Position numbers and translations under genes: made by a program. 64,000 nt of DNA. Source: Octopus sinensis. Lineage: Eukaryota. The stretch lies in contig NW_021832374.1 of the NCBI RefSeq assembly GCF_006345805.1, positions 124,001 through 188,000 on the forward strand, in the 5' to 3' direction. The notes beneath the pieces were generated by a model. The model ran no database searches, was not told the DNA's origin, and was given only the letters and a program-made list of their open reading frames with translations. Shown in pieces: positions 12,441 to 24,898 of this stretch; the stretch's first letter is position 1; every line of letters starts with the position of its first letter.

Positions 12441-12970
12441 CTTGTTTTTTTTTTAAAAATACTTTATTGACCAAAAGACCAGGGTAAGCCAATTAATTAT
12501 AATCCTCCGTGATCCCCGAATCAATCGAGGGAGATCCTTCTGAAAGATTCGATCCTGCCCACAATGATCGGACTGAGACGACGATGTCCCAGGGTCAGAG
12601 TGTTAAAAGAAATGTTAAAAGAAGCATAAAATTATTTCCGGTTTCGTTATTGAAAAGTTAAAGAACACCATCGTGTGTATAAGACGAATTTCTGACATAA
12701 ACTACATTCTGGATCTTATTGCTGTTTTTGCCATTTAAATAGCGTGAATATGTTTTTTCAAAGAAAAATACATCAACCCTCTCTATAATGAACAAAAAAA
12801 TAGAACCAGAAATCAAAATAACAATAAACAATATTAAATATAATTACAAAGATTATTTAGAAATTTAATCATGTAATCGGTAAGTTTTGGGAATGATTAG
12901 TTTGATAATTTCTTGAAATTTTTTGTATTTCGTATGCTTTTCCTATTTGTTCATAGTTATTCTCAAGAAA

Positions 12971-13195
12971 TCACAATTCAAGCGCCGTCGCATATTCACT
13001 AGCTTCATATAGTGTCGGAACATGAATTTTTTCATCTTTTTCTTCAGCTTGGTCTAGCTGTTTTAGTTTTCTCAAATAGTTCTGTATAAAGATTTCCTCG
13101 TCAATTTGATCATTTGTACGAATCAAAAAATTTTTATCATCTATTTCTGTCAGGTTCTGTATTAAATCTTTTTCAAATGCTTCCTTGAAACAATT
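12971..13195 (-). mobile_element. pogo/Tigger transposase C-terminal fragment
   Basis: TNCFKEA followed by an acidic region and PTLYEASEYATAL, resembling Tigger C-termini and the end of the 1963-3613 element. Confidence 0.45.
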
Positions 13196-13460
13196 TGTCA
13201 GCCGGAGAGCCGGGCTCCGCAGTAACCTGGAAGAAACGCTAAAAATCAAGAAATACAGTGCATTGTCTCAACGCCATATCTTTGCCCCGATCGCAGTGGA
13301 GACGTCTGGAGTCCTCGGTCCCAGAACTAAAAAATTCCTTATTAAACTGGGGGACCTGGCAAGCAGAAGAAGAAATGATCATCGGGAACGGACATGGCTT
13401 TTCCAACGCATATCAATAGCCATCTTTCGTCGGAATTGCCATTCCATCTAATTCTCTGCT
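13195..13460 (+). mobile_element. CRE-clade non-LTR retrotransposon 3' fragment
   Basis: ORF 13185-13451: KYSALSQRHIFAPIAVETSGVLGP...WLFQRISIAIFRRNCHSI. Confidence 0.85.
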
Positions 13461-14342
13461 GCTAATTAAATAAATTCTAATCAATTTACTTATTAATATT
13501 TGTAATTGTCAATTCCGATACTTCGAACCAAGCTTGATTTATGAATATAAAACAATTCATTAAACTGAATTTCTTCAAATTTCCGTAATTTCCATCATTA
13601 GTACAAAATTAGATAAAGTGTGCATATAAGAGTTGTCAATACCTGTCTTTGAATGATCTTTTGAACAAAATATTTGTTGCAAAATATTTTCTATTTAGGT
13701 TTTCTGTAAAATTTTCAATCACAGAGGTTTCAACAAATTGATTTTCCCCACATAAAGCAAAGAAGCAATGCAATATCGATTTTTAAATTTCTCAAGAAAT
13801 CCATTTGACGCTTGAAATCCTTGAATATTACAAACTTCCGCCATTTTTAGAGACATGGACTTTAAAAGATATTCATTGGTTGTAAATCCAAATGATCGTT
13901 TTTTAACGAATCATTCAAATAAATCTCTGTCGAATGGTTTAGTGAAAATTAAATATTCCTTCAGAATTTTATTTATGCAACCCAGTGAAACATTAAAATA
14001 AAAGGATGAATCACGTTGTGTTTATTTATATGATATAATTCGATTATTTCCTTCTTTTGAAAAAATTAAGGCGTTTTCGATTTTTCACCATTTTAACAAA
14101 TGTAAAACGTGTAATTTATTCATTTTAAGGAATTTCAAATATACAGAAATATTAAATTTAATATTTTTATGTTCAAAAAAATTCACTATTCTCTAATAGT
14201 GAACGTCAAAATATTTAAATAAATGATATTATACATTTTTAAAGGGAATACTCATTTTATAATTAATATATTAATGAGAATTACTAATATTTGTTAAATA
14301 AATAAATAAAGAATTACTAATATTTGTTATTGTAGATTGCAT

Positions 14343-14850
14343 AAGCATCACGTCACAAGATCGCCTCAAACAAGTCGAAATAGAGAAATTTCATAAATAT
14401 TATCTGCTCGCAAACGAACTTTCGATACTTTATGATGCAAAGGTAAAGATTATCCCGGTTGTCTTGACCTGGGACGGCGTTGTTTCGAGATACTTCAAAA
14501 ACTATATGGACAAATTGTCGATCGAAAAAGCCACAAGAACTTATATTCAATCTGTTGTTTAAAAAAGGACTCTAGAAAGCATGGTAGTTGAACACAGACA
14601 TGGAGTGAGAGTATCTGCCGAAGAATACGCCTCTGCTGCTTACCAGCTTGCAGAAGTGGCATGCTGCCGTGACACGCCGGTGAAAGATATGAGACAAATA
14701 GAAAATCTATCTGGCTGGGAGATGGAGAGTGAGGAGGAACTGGTTGCAAGCTCTTCTCCTAAAAGGAGGAGAGAGATTCCAATAATCGGGACTGAGAATC
14801 TAAATTAAATAGTCTAGCTTAAGTTAAATTTTGTTTCTTTTAATAAATTA
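14343..14850 (+). mobile_element. 5'-truncated R4/NeSL-like retrotransposon with 10-bp TSD
   Basis: ITSQDRLKQVEIEKFHKYYLLANELSILYDAKVKIIPVVLTWDGVVSRY...YIQSVV. Flanked by TAGATTGCAT at 14333-14342 and 14851-14860. Confidence 0.85.
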
Positions 14851-14939
14851 TAGATTGCATTAATATGGCCTGTTCATAATGAAGAGGGTTCACTATAAGA
14901 GGGTTGACTGTATCTTTACTTAGTTACTTCAGCTTCCCT

Positions 14940-15540
14940 AGCATGTAGGAACCTGACTGCAATCAGGTAGCGAGAAGCAGAAATTGGGTGCTCCCAGAAA
15001 TCCCGAATCTCAATAGGTGGTGATAGGTAAGGCGGTCCAGGACAGGAAAAAAATCTTCAGGGGAGAAAGAGCGGTGTGTGTCAAAAATGAATGGATGATG
15101 TCTCAAGCAAAGTTTTGCAAGCTGGACACGGAGGTACCTGTCGAGTGATTGCTCTGAAGAATGGACCGGTGGCGGGGGAGAAACAAGAAGTTTGTTATTT
15201 TTGAGCATCCTGATAGCACAAGATGAGATGTAATCATGAATTATTTTCTGCAAGTTTTTTTATTGTTCGTTAAGAGTATTTTTGAAAGACATTTGGATTG
15301 ATCGGCCAGAGTAATATCTTTTGTTTTCTGAAATAAGATTTTGTGGCATGGATGAGATAAGTATTATATTTTGTTGAGGAATTGGAGTCCTCTTAGCGCC
15401 AAATGATCTTCGACCGGAAGGATACAAAATTTCCAAAAAAAGATGATCGGTGAAAGTGGAGGCTAGGCAGTCAGTTATTTGTCGGAGGCCTGAGTTTTGG
15501 ATTCTTGATTTGGGTCAACTTCACGTGGTGTTGTTTGGAT
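14940..15540 (-). mobile_element. LINE (I/R1-like) C-terminal fragment
   Basis: TDCLASTFTDHLFWKFCILPVEDHL and PPPVHSSEQSLDRYLRVQLAKL, typical post-RT LINE motifs; frameshifted. Confidence 0.6.
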
Positions 15541-17489
15541 ACTGCTCTAATGCTACTATAAGACATTCAACAATCTCCCCATTTGATCGTTGTCACAAAT
15601 ATCTTTCTGCCAAAGATACAAAAATCAGGGAAAATGTTACAATTTTAAACAAGTAAAAAAAGGATTTGAAATTAATGAAATCCAAATAAATATTAAAAAT
15701 TGTGAAATAAGTTTTTTGCAGTTCATATACTTCATATTGCTAAGTCTGCAGTGCCCGATAAGTTCAATGTGTACATGTACATGATTTATGTCAACTATTT
15801 TGGAGTATCAGTGACGATATTTGATTATCTGGAGTTCAGTCGTTCAAAGGATTAAACGATAGTTAATCATCTAGACGAATTCAATCACAAAAATACATAC
15901 CAATTTGCGGCTTTTTTAGGAATATCATATAAGGATAGAATCGACAAAATTCTTTAAATCTGATATGCAAAAATGGAATATAGATATTCTACAAAAAAAC
16001 TTTAGAGAGCATGATAATTGAACACAATCATGAAATAAACATTGACAACTATTTTGACTAAATTATAAGGGCAACGAATAGTCCTATCTCTAAAGGAAAA
16101 TAACGGTAAGTGCATGCCGACTTGTCAAATGAGTATGGAAAACAAATCTTAATTGCTAGATTAAAATATTATTCTGCACCTATATAGCATTGCCGCTTTT
16201 CTTAGTCACAGAAAGATAATTGTATTTGTTAAAAAAAGTATAAAATATAAATTGTCACGCACCGCCAGCCAGTATCGCGTGTTTGTTGCCCCGAAGAACC
16301 GAAATATTAAAAAGAATTAAAAACAATTATATCGTGTTATAGTGTACATATTATTGATTAATGTGACATTAATATTTAGACGCAAAATTCTATTTATGGT
16401 GCGACAAATTATTTTCGGATCTGAACATTTTTATAAATAAATAGCCATGAATACAATTGAAAGAAAAATTACTATTTTCTCAAATCAGAACTTCATAGAT
16501 ATGTACAAATATGAAAGAGTAATCTATTGTAAATATATCATTAGCTTAACCATGATTTAAATATCTTAAAAAATTTTGAGGATAAAAAAATTAAACAAGA
16601 AATTTTAAAAGAATTAAAAGAAACGGTAAAGAACCATTAATTTATATTAAAAGTCTAAATGCGAAATTAAATTAATGTTCATTTCTGATCCATTTATTAA
16701 AAAACAAAATAATGATTTTTCGTCACAAAGATTAATTCAAATCGTCCAACAGCCTCGTGGAGGTAATGGAATCACAATTTTTAACGAATGGACATCTCCT
16801 AAAGGTTTTTAACCTTTAATCATTTAGAATAGAAATTTTTGTCATTCGGTCATTGCGGCAGACTTCTTTTCCTCTTGGATTGACCTTTTATATTAACAAA
16901 GTGATGGTTTTCCGGATAAGTTGCTGCTGTGAATATTTTTTTGAGATAAACACTATTTTTTACAAATGTTTTAAATTATTGGAACTGAAGAACGGACTTC
17001 CGTGCATGACGTATTGATCTTAATTTTATTTTAGATGCACATATAAATTAATTCGCAACATTAAAGGATTTGACGATAATTATTCAAAGAAAATACGATT
17101 TTTTAAAGGAAGCAAACGATTAATCACAAGACAGAAAATAAAATACGGCGAAATCTTGGACGAAAAATACGTTCAATATGTAAATTTAAAGATATAAATC
17201 ATTTTAAAAGATTCACGAATTACAAAATCGGATAGAAACAAGGCATTAATTATTTTAGTTGAAACCTTAAACTGCTTAACTTGAATGTATTAAAAAGCAA
17301 TTCAGATTCTTTTTTGATACAATTTTCTCTATATTTTACTAAAAATTCTTTAGATAAGATGATTTTCATAAATCTCAAAACAATTTTCATAGGTCCAATT
17401 TAGACATGTTTGAGTGTATATTTTTTTAATTTTTATGGCCATTTCCTCTATTATAAAATAACAAAATCAATTATAAAAATATAAAAATC

Positions 17490-20031
17490 CTATAAACGAG
17501 TGACTATCTTTTCTATACATTCGCACAGCTCAAAATTATTATTCTCCTTCGCAATTTCCTTCGCATACAGCAAGAAAAAACACATCTCATCTCTTGACTG
17601 TCTACAAATCTCTCCAATAACAGAAATAGTATCCCCCACATCTGAAATATACAAATATTCCAGAAACCGCTATTTTTCGAAACAGAAGCTCGTATCATTC
17701 CAAGAAACCCATCCACACGATCCAAAAACTCAGTACTTGGTTCCCAACTCTTTTTGACACTCTTTTCAGGCTCTTCTTTGCTAATATTAGGGACTATCTC
17801 ATCGACAGTTTCAACTTCCATAGACACTATGCTGGAAGCAGTCGACGAGCTCCTATAAGGCACAGAAATCCTAAAATCAGACGGAAGAGGCCCAGAACGT
17901 CTCCTGAATTTTTTCATCTCCCCCAAAACTCGAGCCATGCTCTCATTAGCCTCGTCAAGCATATAATTCTAATCTTATCAAAATATTCAGACTACACTGC
18001 TAAGCTTAAATGGATTCCCAAAAGGATGAAGTCTTGGAGGCTGAGGATCCACTTCCCGAAGAGGCTGAAGCTTCATATTTCGACTCGATGCTTGGAAGTT
18101 CCCCATTATTGAAATAGGCAAAGAATGCTTTGATTCTAAAAAATATTTTTGGTCATTTCAACCTGCTTCAACAAGACTTGTTTTGCCAGAAAGAATAGAC
18201 ATCAAATTAGATCGCAAACGAGGATATTCATCCAACAACTTTCCTGCTCCAATCCGATAAATATCACTTTTAATTGTAGTTTAAATACTTACATAAATCC
18301 GTGGAAAGAATCGCTGGTTTTAGCAGTACAGAGTTTACGAAAACATTTCCTTTCGTTCTTTCTTCTGTGTTCTACTTGACTGCACGTGCTTTCATACTGA
18401 GATTTAGCCTAATTAGTAAACTAATACTCATTTCATAACCCATGATTTAATTCTGTGTAAGGAATTGATAATCGAGTGAGGAATACAACCATTTTCCAAT
18501 TTATCAGGCAAAGACAAATTCATTCTGGCCAGAATTTTCCGAAGAGACTAAAAAATAACCAAATAAATCACCGGAACGTAATAAAACGGAATTCTATTAA
18601 GATAACTCACCAACTCCTCCTTCTTTCCTCTTCCAACGGCTCTCTCAGTAACCAAACTCTCTAAAACAGTCAGAATAGTACCAAAACCTATAAGAGGGAA
18701 GAATTCTGTATAGTTAAAAGGAGTAATAACAAGATAAACAGTACTCATGTCTGCATCAGTTCTGAGAAACCCACAAGGAGGAAGACCATTTCGTTTATTT
18801 CCACTAAAAGGCACAGCGACCTACAAAAGCAATTAAATCTAAAAAAATGACAGGCCAGCATTTGTCTGGTCTCTGAAACTGTAGAAGATATTGAGTAAGA
18901 GGAGAGGACTCGAGTTCGTATATATCCAAAGGTACTTGTTCAGGACAAACCGGCAACGGAGACTGAACAAGCGAGAATTTAAGCGTCGGATGTGCATTTC
19001 TGGGGGGCTGGAAATATAAAATTAAAGAAATTGTCATACCAGGCTTAGTAATCCAGGATCGACCCAAAAAGACTCAGGAATAGGCCAATTTCCTTCAGAG
19101 ATTTTATTATGGAGATGAGGGACATTCACAAAGTTAATTAAAGAGGCCCAGGCTGGCATTGGACAGTCAGATCCTTCATTTGGAAGGTTATAAGCCTCAA
19201 AATGGATGTTTACTCCAACCAATAATCTTTGAGCCAATAATTCCAAACTTTGATTAAACGCTTTTTGTGAAAAGACAGAAACAGCTCTTCCTTTAAATTG
19301 CCAGAAAAAAACAACCTCCAGTCATTTCACAGAGTTGAGACAGTGAGGGGGGTCCAGTCACTATTTCATCACGTGCCAAAGGAGTATCAAAAGCAGGGAA
19401 ATTAAGAACAAAAATAAAAATACGCTGATCCCATCGATATGGCTCAATAGTTAACTCCGATCCAAGAATTTTATTATTTGATGACAAATTTATCTAAAAA
19501 TGATTTATTTTTGTGACTTTTTGGTTTAAAATATCAATAGATGTGCCATCAGTGATACATATGACTACAGCAGGCTCTAATCGGAAAGGATAACGTCCCA
19601 TTGAGTAGTTATCCACTCCACTTTTAGCTCTGTTGACGTTCAGAAGATCCAAAGCTCTGTTTAGTGATTTTGATAGACTGGTTCCCGCTGTGGTTGATAG
19701 ACTACGCAATTCTGAGACAAATGTTGGATAATTCTCTTTCCAAGCAGACTAAATATTTTAATATATATTTTTATGTTATTAAATATGTTTAAAAACCTTA
19801 ATGTTGTTGGGGGGTTCGTCAAAGCTCATTAGAATATACCGGTCTCCTCTCCCGTAGGGAATTTTTTGTTTAGACTTTTTAATTAATGAATTAGTTGATT
19901 AAATAAAGGAAATAGTTTACTTTGTAGAACGTTTCCACTCCAATGCGAGCTACATCGAGATGTGAGATTCCTATTTTTGTACGAATATTCATTGAAGCGC
20001 TGTTATCAATAAGAAATAAAATAATTGTCAT
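17490..20031 (-). CDS. INTS6: Integrator complex subunit 6 (multi-exon)
   Basis: Spliced translation MTIILFLIDNSASMN..., GDRYILMSFDEPP, GVDNYSMGRYPFRLEPAVVICITDG, GSELTIEPYRWDQR, LREVDPQPPRLHPFGNPFK, MLDEANE. A 26-nt GT-AG intron shifts into a C-terminal domain ending IEKIVTRL*. Confidence 0.93.
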
Positions 20032-20233
20032 TTTCTGAAGAAAATTTGAACTTAATCGTGAACACAAGAAGAAACTTTTATTTTTAATGAAAATAAATTT
20101 TATTAAAACATTTAAACAAAATTTTCATTTAAAACTATTTATTCGGAAATGCGAAAAGAAAATGAACGTGCTGAAAAGTAAATCCGAAATATAGGGTGCC
20201 GGCATTAACAAACGAAAAAATAAATAGTTAACT

Positions 20234-20305
20234 AGCGGAATGGCGCAGTGGGAGCGCGCTGGGCCCATAACCCAGAGGTCCGAGGATCGAAACCTCGTTC
20301 CGCTA
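20234..20305 (+). tRNA. Initiator tRNA-Met (CAT)
   Basis: A1-U72 acceptor AGCGGAA/TTCCGCT, anticodon arm CTGGG-CCCATAA-CCCAG with three G-C pairs, initiator-type T loop GGATCGAAACC, T-run terminator. Confidence 0.97.
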
Positions 20306-20439
20306 TTTTTTAAATTTTTTTATTTACAATCAAATTATGTTTGTTTCTATAGTCGATTCAAATCTTCCTTGACTAAAATTAAAAAAGAATAATTAAAGTA
20401 TTGAAGAACTTGCAATCGTTCTTTAGGATTACAATAAAC

Positions 20440-20915
20440 CCATTTCGAATAAAAAGCTAGTAAATTATACAATCGAACGCCTTACTCATCCACAGGTAAA
20501 TTTGTACTTTTATTTTTCCTTAGGTGTTAGTCCGTTTCAAAAATATCGAGAGATCTCAGGCTACAACACTATTGAGAAAAATACTTTAACAGAGACAGAC
20601 GGTGAAGAAAACCTGGAAAATGTGCATCATTCTGCTTTTTATAAAAGGATGAATAAAAAGATGGGAGTGGATCAAAATATGAATTTAACATTGGAGATTC
20701 TGTATCTAATTTATAATAACTTAAAGGTTCGTATTCAGAAGGACTATGGAACTAATCCTTCACTATGTCAGCAAAAATTGGAGCATCTCTACGGTGATCT
20801 GTCACTATTGTTAGAAAATTTTCCAACAATTTTGTCAATGTTAAAGATAGTGAGGGAATTGTTAGAGAGGTGCATTCTAAACGCTTTAAAAAGATACTTA
20901 AAAATAATTAATTAA
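20440..20915 (+). other. Unassigned coding segment, possibly integrase-derived, containing a 28-nt GT-AG intron
   Basis: Splicing gtaaat...ccttag joins YNRTPYSSTG to VSPFQKYRE, resembling the integrase YNxTPHSxTGxSPF motif. Open frame runs to 20915; upstream frame has a stop. Confidence 0.3.
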
Positions 20916-21288
20916 TGTTTTCTTTGAAAAATATTTGATTATCTCAAACAACAAGACAAGAGGTCATACAGGCGGAACTTTGACCCGATTATTTTGATTA
21001 TTTTATTTTTGACAAGAATTGACATTGACGACAGCTGTCATGGTTTCAATCTCGGCTTGCTTTTATAATATGATCGCAATTCTAAATAAAATCGTAGGTA
21101 TCCAACTAAATTTTATTTTTAAGAAAACATGTTTTAATCATATTTTTCCAATATTCGTGCTATAGATTTGTGAATATAAAAGTCGTCTTCATTTTTAACT
21201 GTTTTTTAATACATTAAATGTCTTTACAGATAACAGTATGTAGTGTTGGTCGTAGTGACGAGTATACTGTTGCAGATATGGTATAGAC

Positions 21289-22659
21289 CAGGGGTTCTCA
21301 ACCTTTTTAGCTCAAGGGCCAAATCGATAATTAATATTAGCTTCGCGGGCCGCACAAAAAATATTTTATATATTTTTATATTTTCCAAGCCGGTAACTTG
21401 CTTGCAATCCGAAGTGCAGCCACTGCTGATGCGTAATGAGTTTTTGGACTCTGTTTTTTCTTTTTTTAATTTCCATTTCCTTTATAAAGAATTACAAGCT
21501 AAAAAATCTAAAAAAAGGCGTTGTAACTAAAAAGAAAGTATTATTTGTTTATTAAGTTTTTGAATTCCGAAATAAGTAAAGTCGAAGAAGTTCGTAAAAG
21601 CTGACTCGAGTGATTATCCGTGAGTTTGTTACGATATTTATTTTTTATGCGAATCATTTTACTAAATATTGATTCGCATAAATAGTAGATCCAAACATTG
21701 ATATATTCATATATGCATTGTGTGTTATATTTTTGAATTTGTCTTGAGGAATTAATTCGTAAAAATCAATAATGGACGCTTTTTTGAACAATGCCGCCAG
21801 TTCTATATCATGTTGTAAATTAATGAGTTCTAGTTGAAACTTTGCAGGCGCATCCTTAATTTCCACGCTGAATGGAGTTGTGAATATTTTCATTAAAGGA
21901 AGGAATTCTTTAAAATTCTAAAAATTAAATTTATATAAATGTACCCCAAAACGTGCTTCAAATTGATTAATTAAATCACCAATTATGGATATGTATTTTT
22001 CATAAGCAGCGCCTTCGTTGTTTTCAGATAGTGAATAAAAATGAGATGTATCTCCCTCTTTAAGGGAAGTCATCCATAAATATAATTTTTCGATAAACGA
22101 AGAAATATATCCATATAACTGATAACAGAGTTTGCCTTTTCCTTGTAATTCAACATTGAGATCCGACAAATGCGTGGTTAAATCTACATAAAAAGCCAAA
22201 TCGGCAATCCATCTTTCATCGTAAAGTTCATCGAAAATTACTTTGTCTTTGGTAAACTCCTTAATTTCTGGAAGCAATTTATAGAACCTTTAATAAAATA
22301 TTAAGGCATTTCGAACGACTTAACCACCTCACTTCAGTATGAAAAATAACATCTCCATACTCAGCATCAACTTCTTCCAAAAAAGATTTAAAATATCGGT
22401 GATTGAGCGCTTTTGAGCGTATCCAATTAACGATATAACGACTTTTTTGGAAACATGTTCCATTTTAATGGACTTGGCGATAAGATTTTCCTGGTGAATT
22501 ATGCAGTGATGCCATATTAATTGATCGAAACTATTTTCGGTTATATCTTTGGAACAATCAATAAATAATTAAATTTTAACATTATTAAAAAATTAAAAAA
22601 GTTAGTTACTCTAGAGGGGCCGCAAGAAAAATCCTGCGGGCCGCATTTGAGAACCGCTG
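21289..22659 (-). mobile_element. hAT (Buster/Spin, GTF2IRD2-like) transposon, internally deleted
   Basis: TIRs CAG(G/C)GGTTCTCAA and perfect 8-bp TSD GTATAGAC (21281-88, 22660-67). Minus strand has HCIIHQE, RWLS, DLAFYVDLTTHL and SMFGST remnants. Confidence 0.95.
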
Positions 22660-22801
22660 GTATAGACTCTATACCATATCTATATTATAGAGTGAAGTTC
22701 ATTGGTCAGTCTGATGCAGATAAGAAGTCTTAAATGTCTTTAGTTAATATTCAAATGCAGTCCAAGCGGATATTAAAATTTTGCTATTTAAAATATATTT
22801 T

Positions 22802-23147
22802 TGTAGCGGAATAATTTTACTGTACTTTTCCATATTCATTTAAAAACCTTTTTCAAATGCATGAGAAGAAATGTTCAGCATTCGGCCTGGAGCTCAGCAG
22901 TCCGCTGGAGGACCTGCATGAGCGGAGTGTTGACACGATAGACGCGATCCTGGCAAAAACTCGAATTCGCTGAGGGAGATAAGACAGTCTCCTGGGGCAA
23001 AACCGAAGTTGAGACCTTCGTGGCTCTCGTTATCAAGCCCCCTAAGCTCTAATTCCTCGGCCACTTTTCTTTTGGAGCTATTGTATTAAATAAACCATAT
23101 TCTATTCTTCTTTGGGTGTCGACTTATCGTGAGACAAAAACTCTACA
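22802..23147 (+). mobile_element. Probable solo LTR
   Basis: 346 bp with TGTAG...CTACA inverted termini, GC-elevated interior, AATAAA at 23089-94, and flanks TTTT/TTGT (3 of 4 match as TSD). Confidence 0.55.
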
Positions 23148-23312
23148 TTGTCAGAATATTTCTTTAGTTATTGACTCAGTCTTTACTAGTTTTCTCAGAT
23201 TTAAATTAAGTTTATGTAAGTTTTTATTAATTAATAAATATAAAAATTATTTATTTATTATATTGATAATAAATTAATTCATATTTGCTCTGCTTTCTCG
23301 TGACTTCTTCAA

Positions 23313-24627
23313 ATGATTATTTTCTTTGTTTTGTCTGGTTATTTTTGTAATAAAATTAATAAAAGTATTTCTATTAACCACTGTCAGATTAATACCAGCA
23401 GTAAAAGTGATAGGTATTTTTATATTTATTAATTTCTTTTAGCTCCAGGTAACGACATACATAATTGATTTTTTGTAACATTCTTTTTCATTTAATAACT
23501 ATATATCTGATAAAACTTTTAAATAATTATATTTAGGTGATTTAAATAACGCTGAAACACTCCAATCCGGTAAAATAAACAATTTATTATATTTTAGAAC
23601 AAGCCGCTGATTCCAACGTCGATAAAAATATAAGTTTTTTAATTAATATTGAATTTTAGATCCTCCAGTTGACGAGAATAGTCAAAAAAATGAAGATTCC
23701 TCAAATGATGACGGAAATAATGCTAACAGTCATAGATTGTCAGAATTGTTAAATGGCCAACAAAATGCCGAACCAATGAGTCAGCGTTGGTCTTTATTTT
23801 TGTATTTCTTAGAATCCAACGATAAAGAAGAAAAGGGGGATAATTCAAAAAATTTGGATTCAGAAAGTCTGGGTTGGTCTTTATTTTTATATTTTTAGAT
23901 TCCAACAATAAAGCAGCAGAAAAAAGTGATAATTCAATAAATTCGGATCCGAAGAGTGCGGGTCCATTTTTATTTTTGTATTTTTTAGATTCCATCAATA
24001 AAGGAGAAGAAAAAAATGATAATAAAATAAATTCGGATCCGAAGAGTCAGGGTCCATTTTTATTTTTGTATTTTTTAGATTCCATCAATAAAGGAGAAGA
24101 AAAAATTGATAATTCAATAAATTCGGATCAGAAGAGTGAGGGTCAGTTTGTATTTTTGTATTTTTTAGATTCGAATGATAAAGAAAAAGAAAAAAGTGAT
24201 AATTTAGAAAATTCGGATTTAAAGAGTGGAGGCTGGTCTTTATTTTTTAGATTCCGATAATAAAAATGAAGATAAAATTGATAATTCAAAGAAAGGTATT
24301 TATACAATTATAAAATCATTAAACTCTAAATTATTGAAATATTTTAGTGATCAAAAATCCTGAAACTGTTGGAACTCAAAATGGTTTTTAATATTTTATG
24401 CTTTCTAAATTTTTCACTGAATAATTTTAACTAAAGGCGGTATTTTTGAGAGTAATAGCAGATTCTTTGTGATAATGTTGGTAATTTTGCTAATTCTAAT
24501 CATCTTACTTATTCTCAAACGTCCGATATCGATGGTTTATTTTTTACTTTTATTTTAGAAATTGTCAAATCTTTTCTCTTCTAGAACTAGAGGTCGATAT
24601 ACCGTCCTTGAAGAAAAGGTTGCCTAG
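23313..24627 (+). CDS. Predicted type I membrane protein (~275 aa): signal peptide, Asn/Asp/Ser/Lys-rich exon-repeat ectodomain, TM helix, YxxL tail
   Basis: Removing mostly 24-30 nt GT-AG introns (plus two longer ones, phase 1 except the last) gives MIIFFVLSVFLLTTVRLIPA..., five ~21-aa repeats (e.g. DSNNKAAEKSDNSINSDPKSA), TM FFVIMLVILLILIILLIL and tail KRPISMKLSNLFSSRTRGRYTVLEEKVA*. Confidence 0.75.
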
Positions 24628-24898
24628 ACATTAGTTGTTTTAATGTTGTTTTTCTCTTATGGTGTTAGAATTAAAATTTTTCGGTTATAACTTTAATACT
24701 CAGTTTATGTAAAATTTTATAATTTGAACAGGAAGTTGATTAAAATGTCGTTTTAGCAAATCAATTTTTTAGATAAAGTAACGCGGCATGTTATTTTTTT
24801 AATAATTTATTTTGAAACACTGTTTGTTATCATACAAAGATCTTATTTTTCTACGAATCTTGAATAAACATAAAACAGACTTAGTCTTAATTATATTA

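Noticed and set aside
15560-17400. Possible gene or IS630/Tc1-like remnants
   Set aside because: Only short ORFs without diagnostic motifs; nothing supportable.
17513-17962. 149-aa ORF as the true INTS6 C-terminus
   Set aside because: It reads through a 26-nt intron; the spliced frame ending at 17490 fits the INTS6 C-terminal domain better.
21241-21258. 18-bp exact match TAGTGTTGGTCGTAGTGA, also at 52799-52816
   Set aside because: No extended similarity, TSD or TIR partner; may be convergent Thr-codon-like low complexity.
23780-24260. CRISPR-like array
   Set aside because: Units are degenerate along their whole length with no unique spacers, parse as exon plus intron, and the context is eukaryotic with no cas genes.
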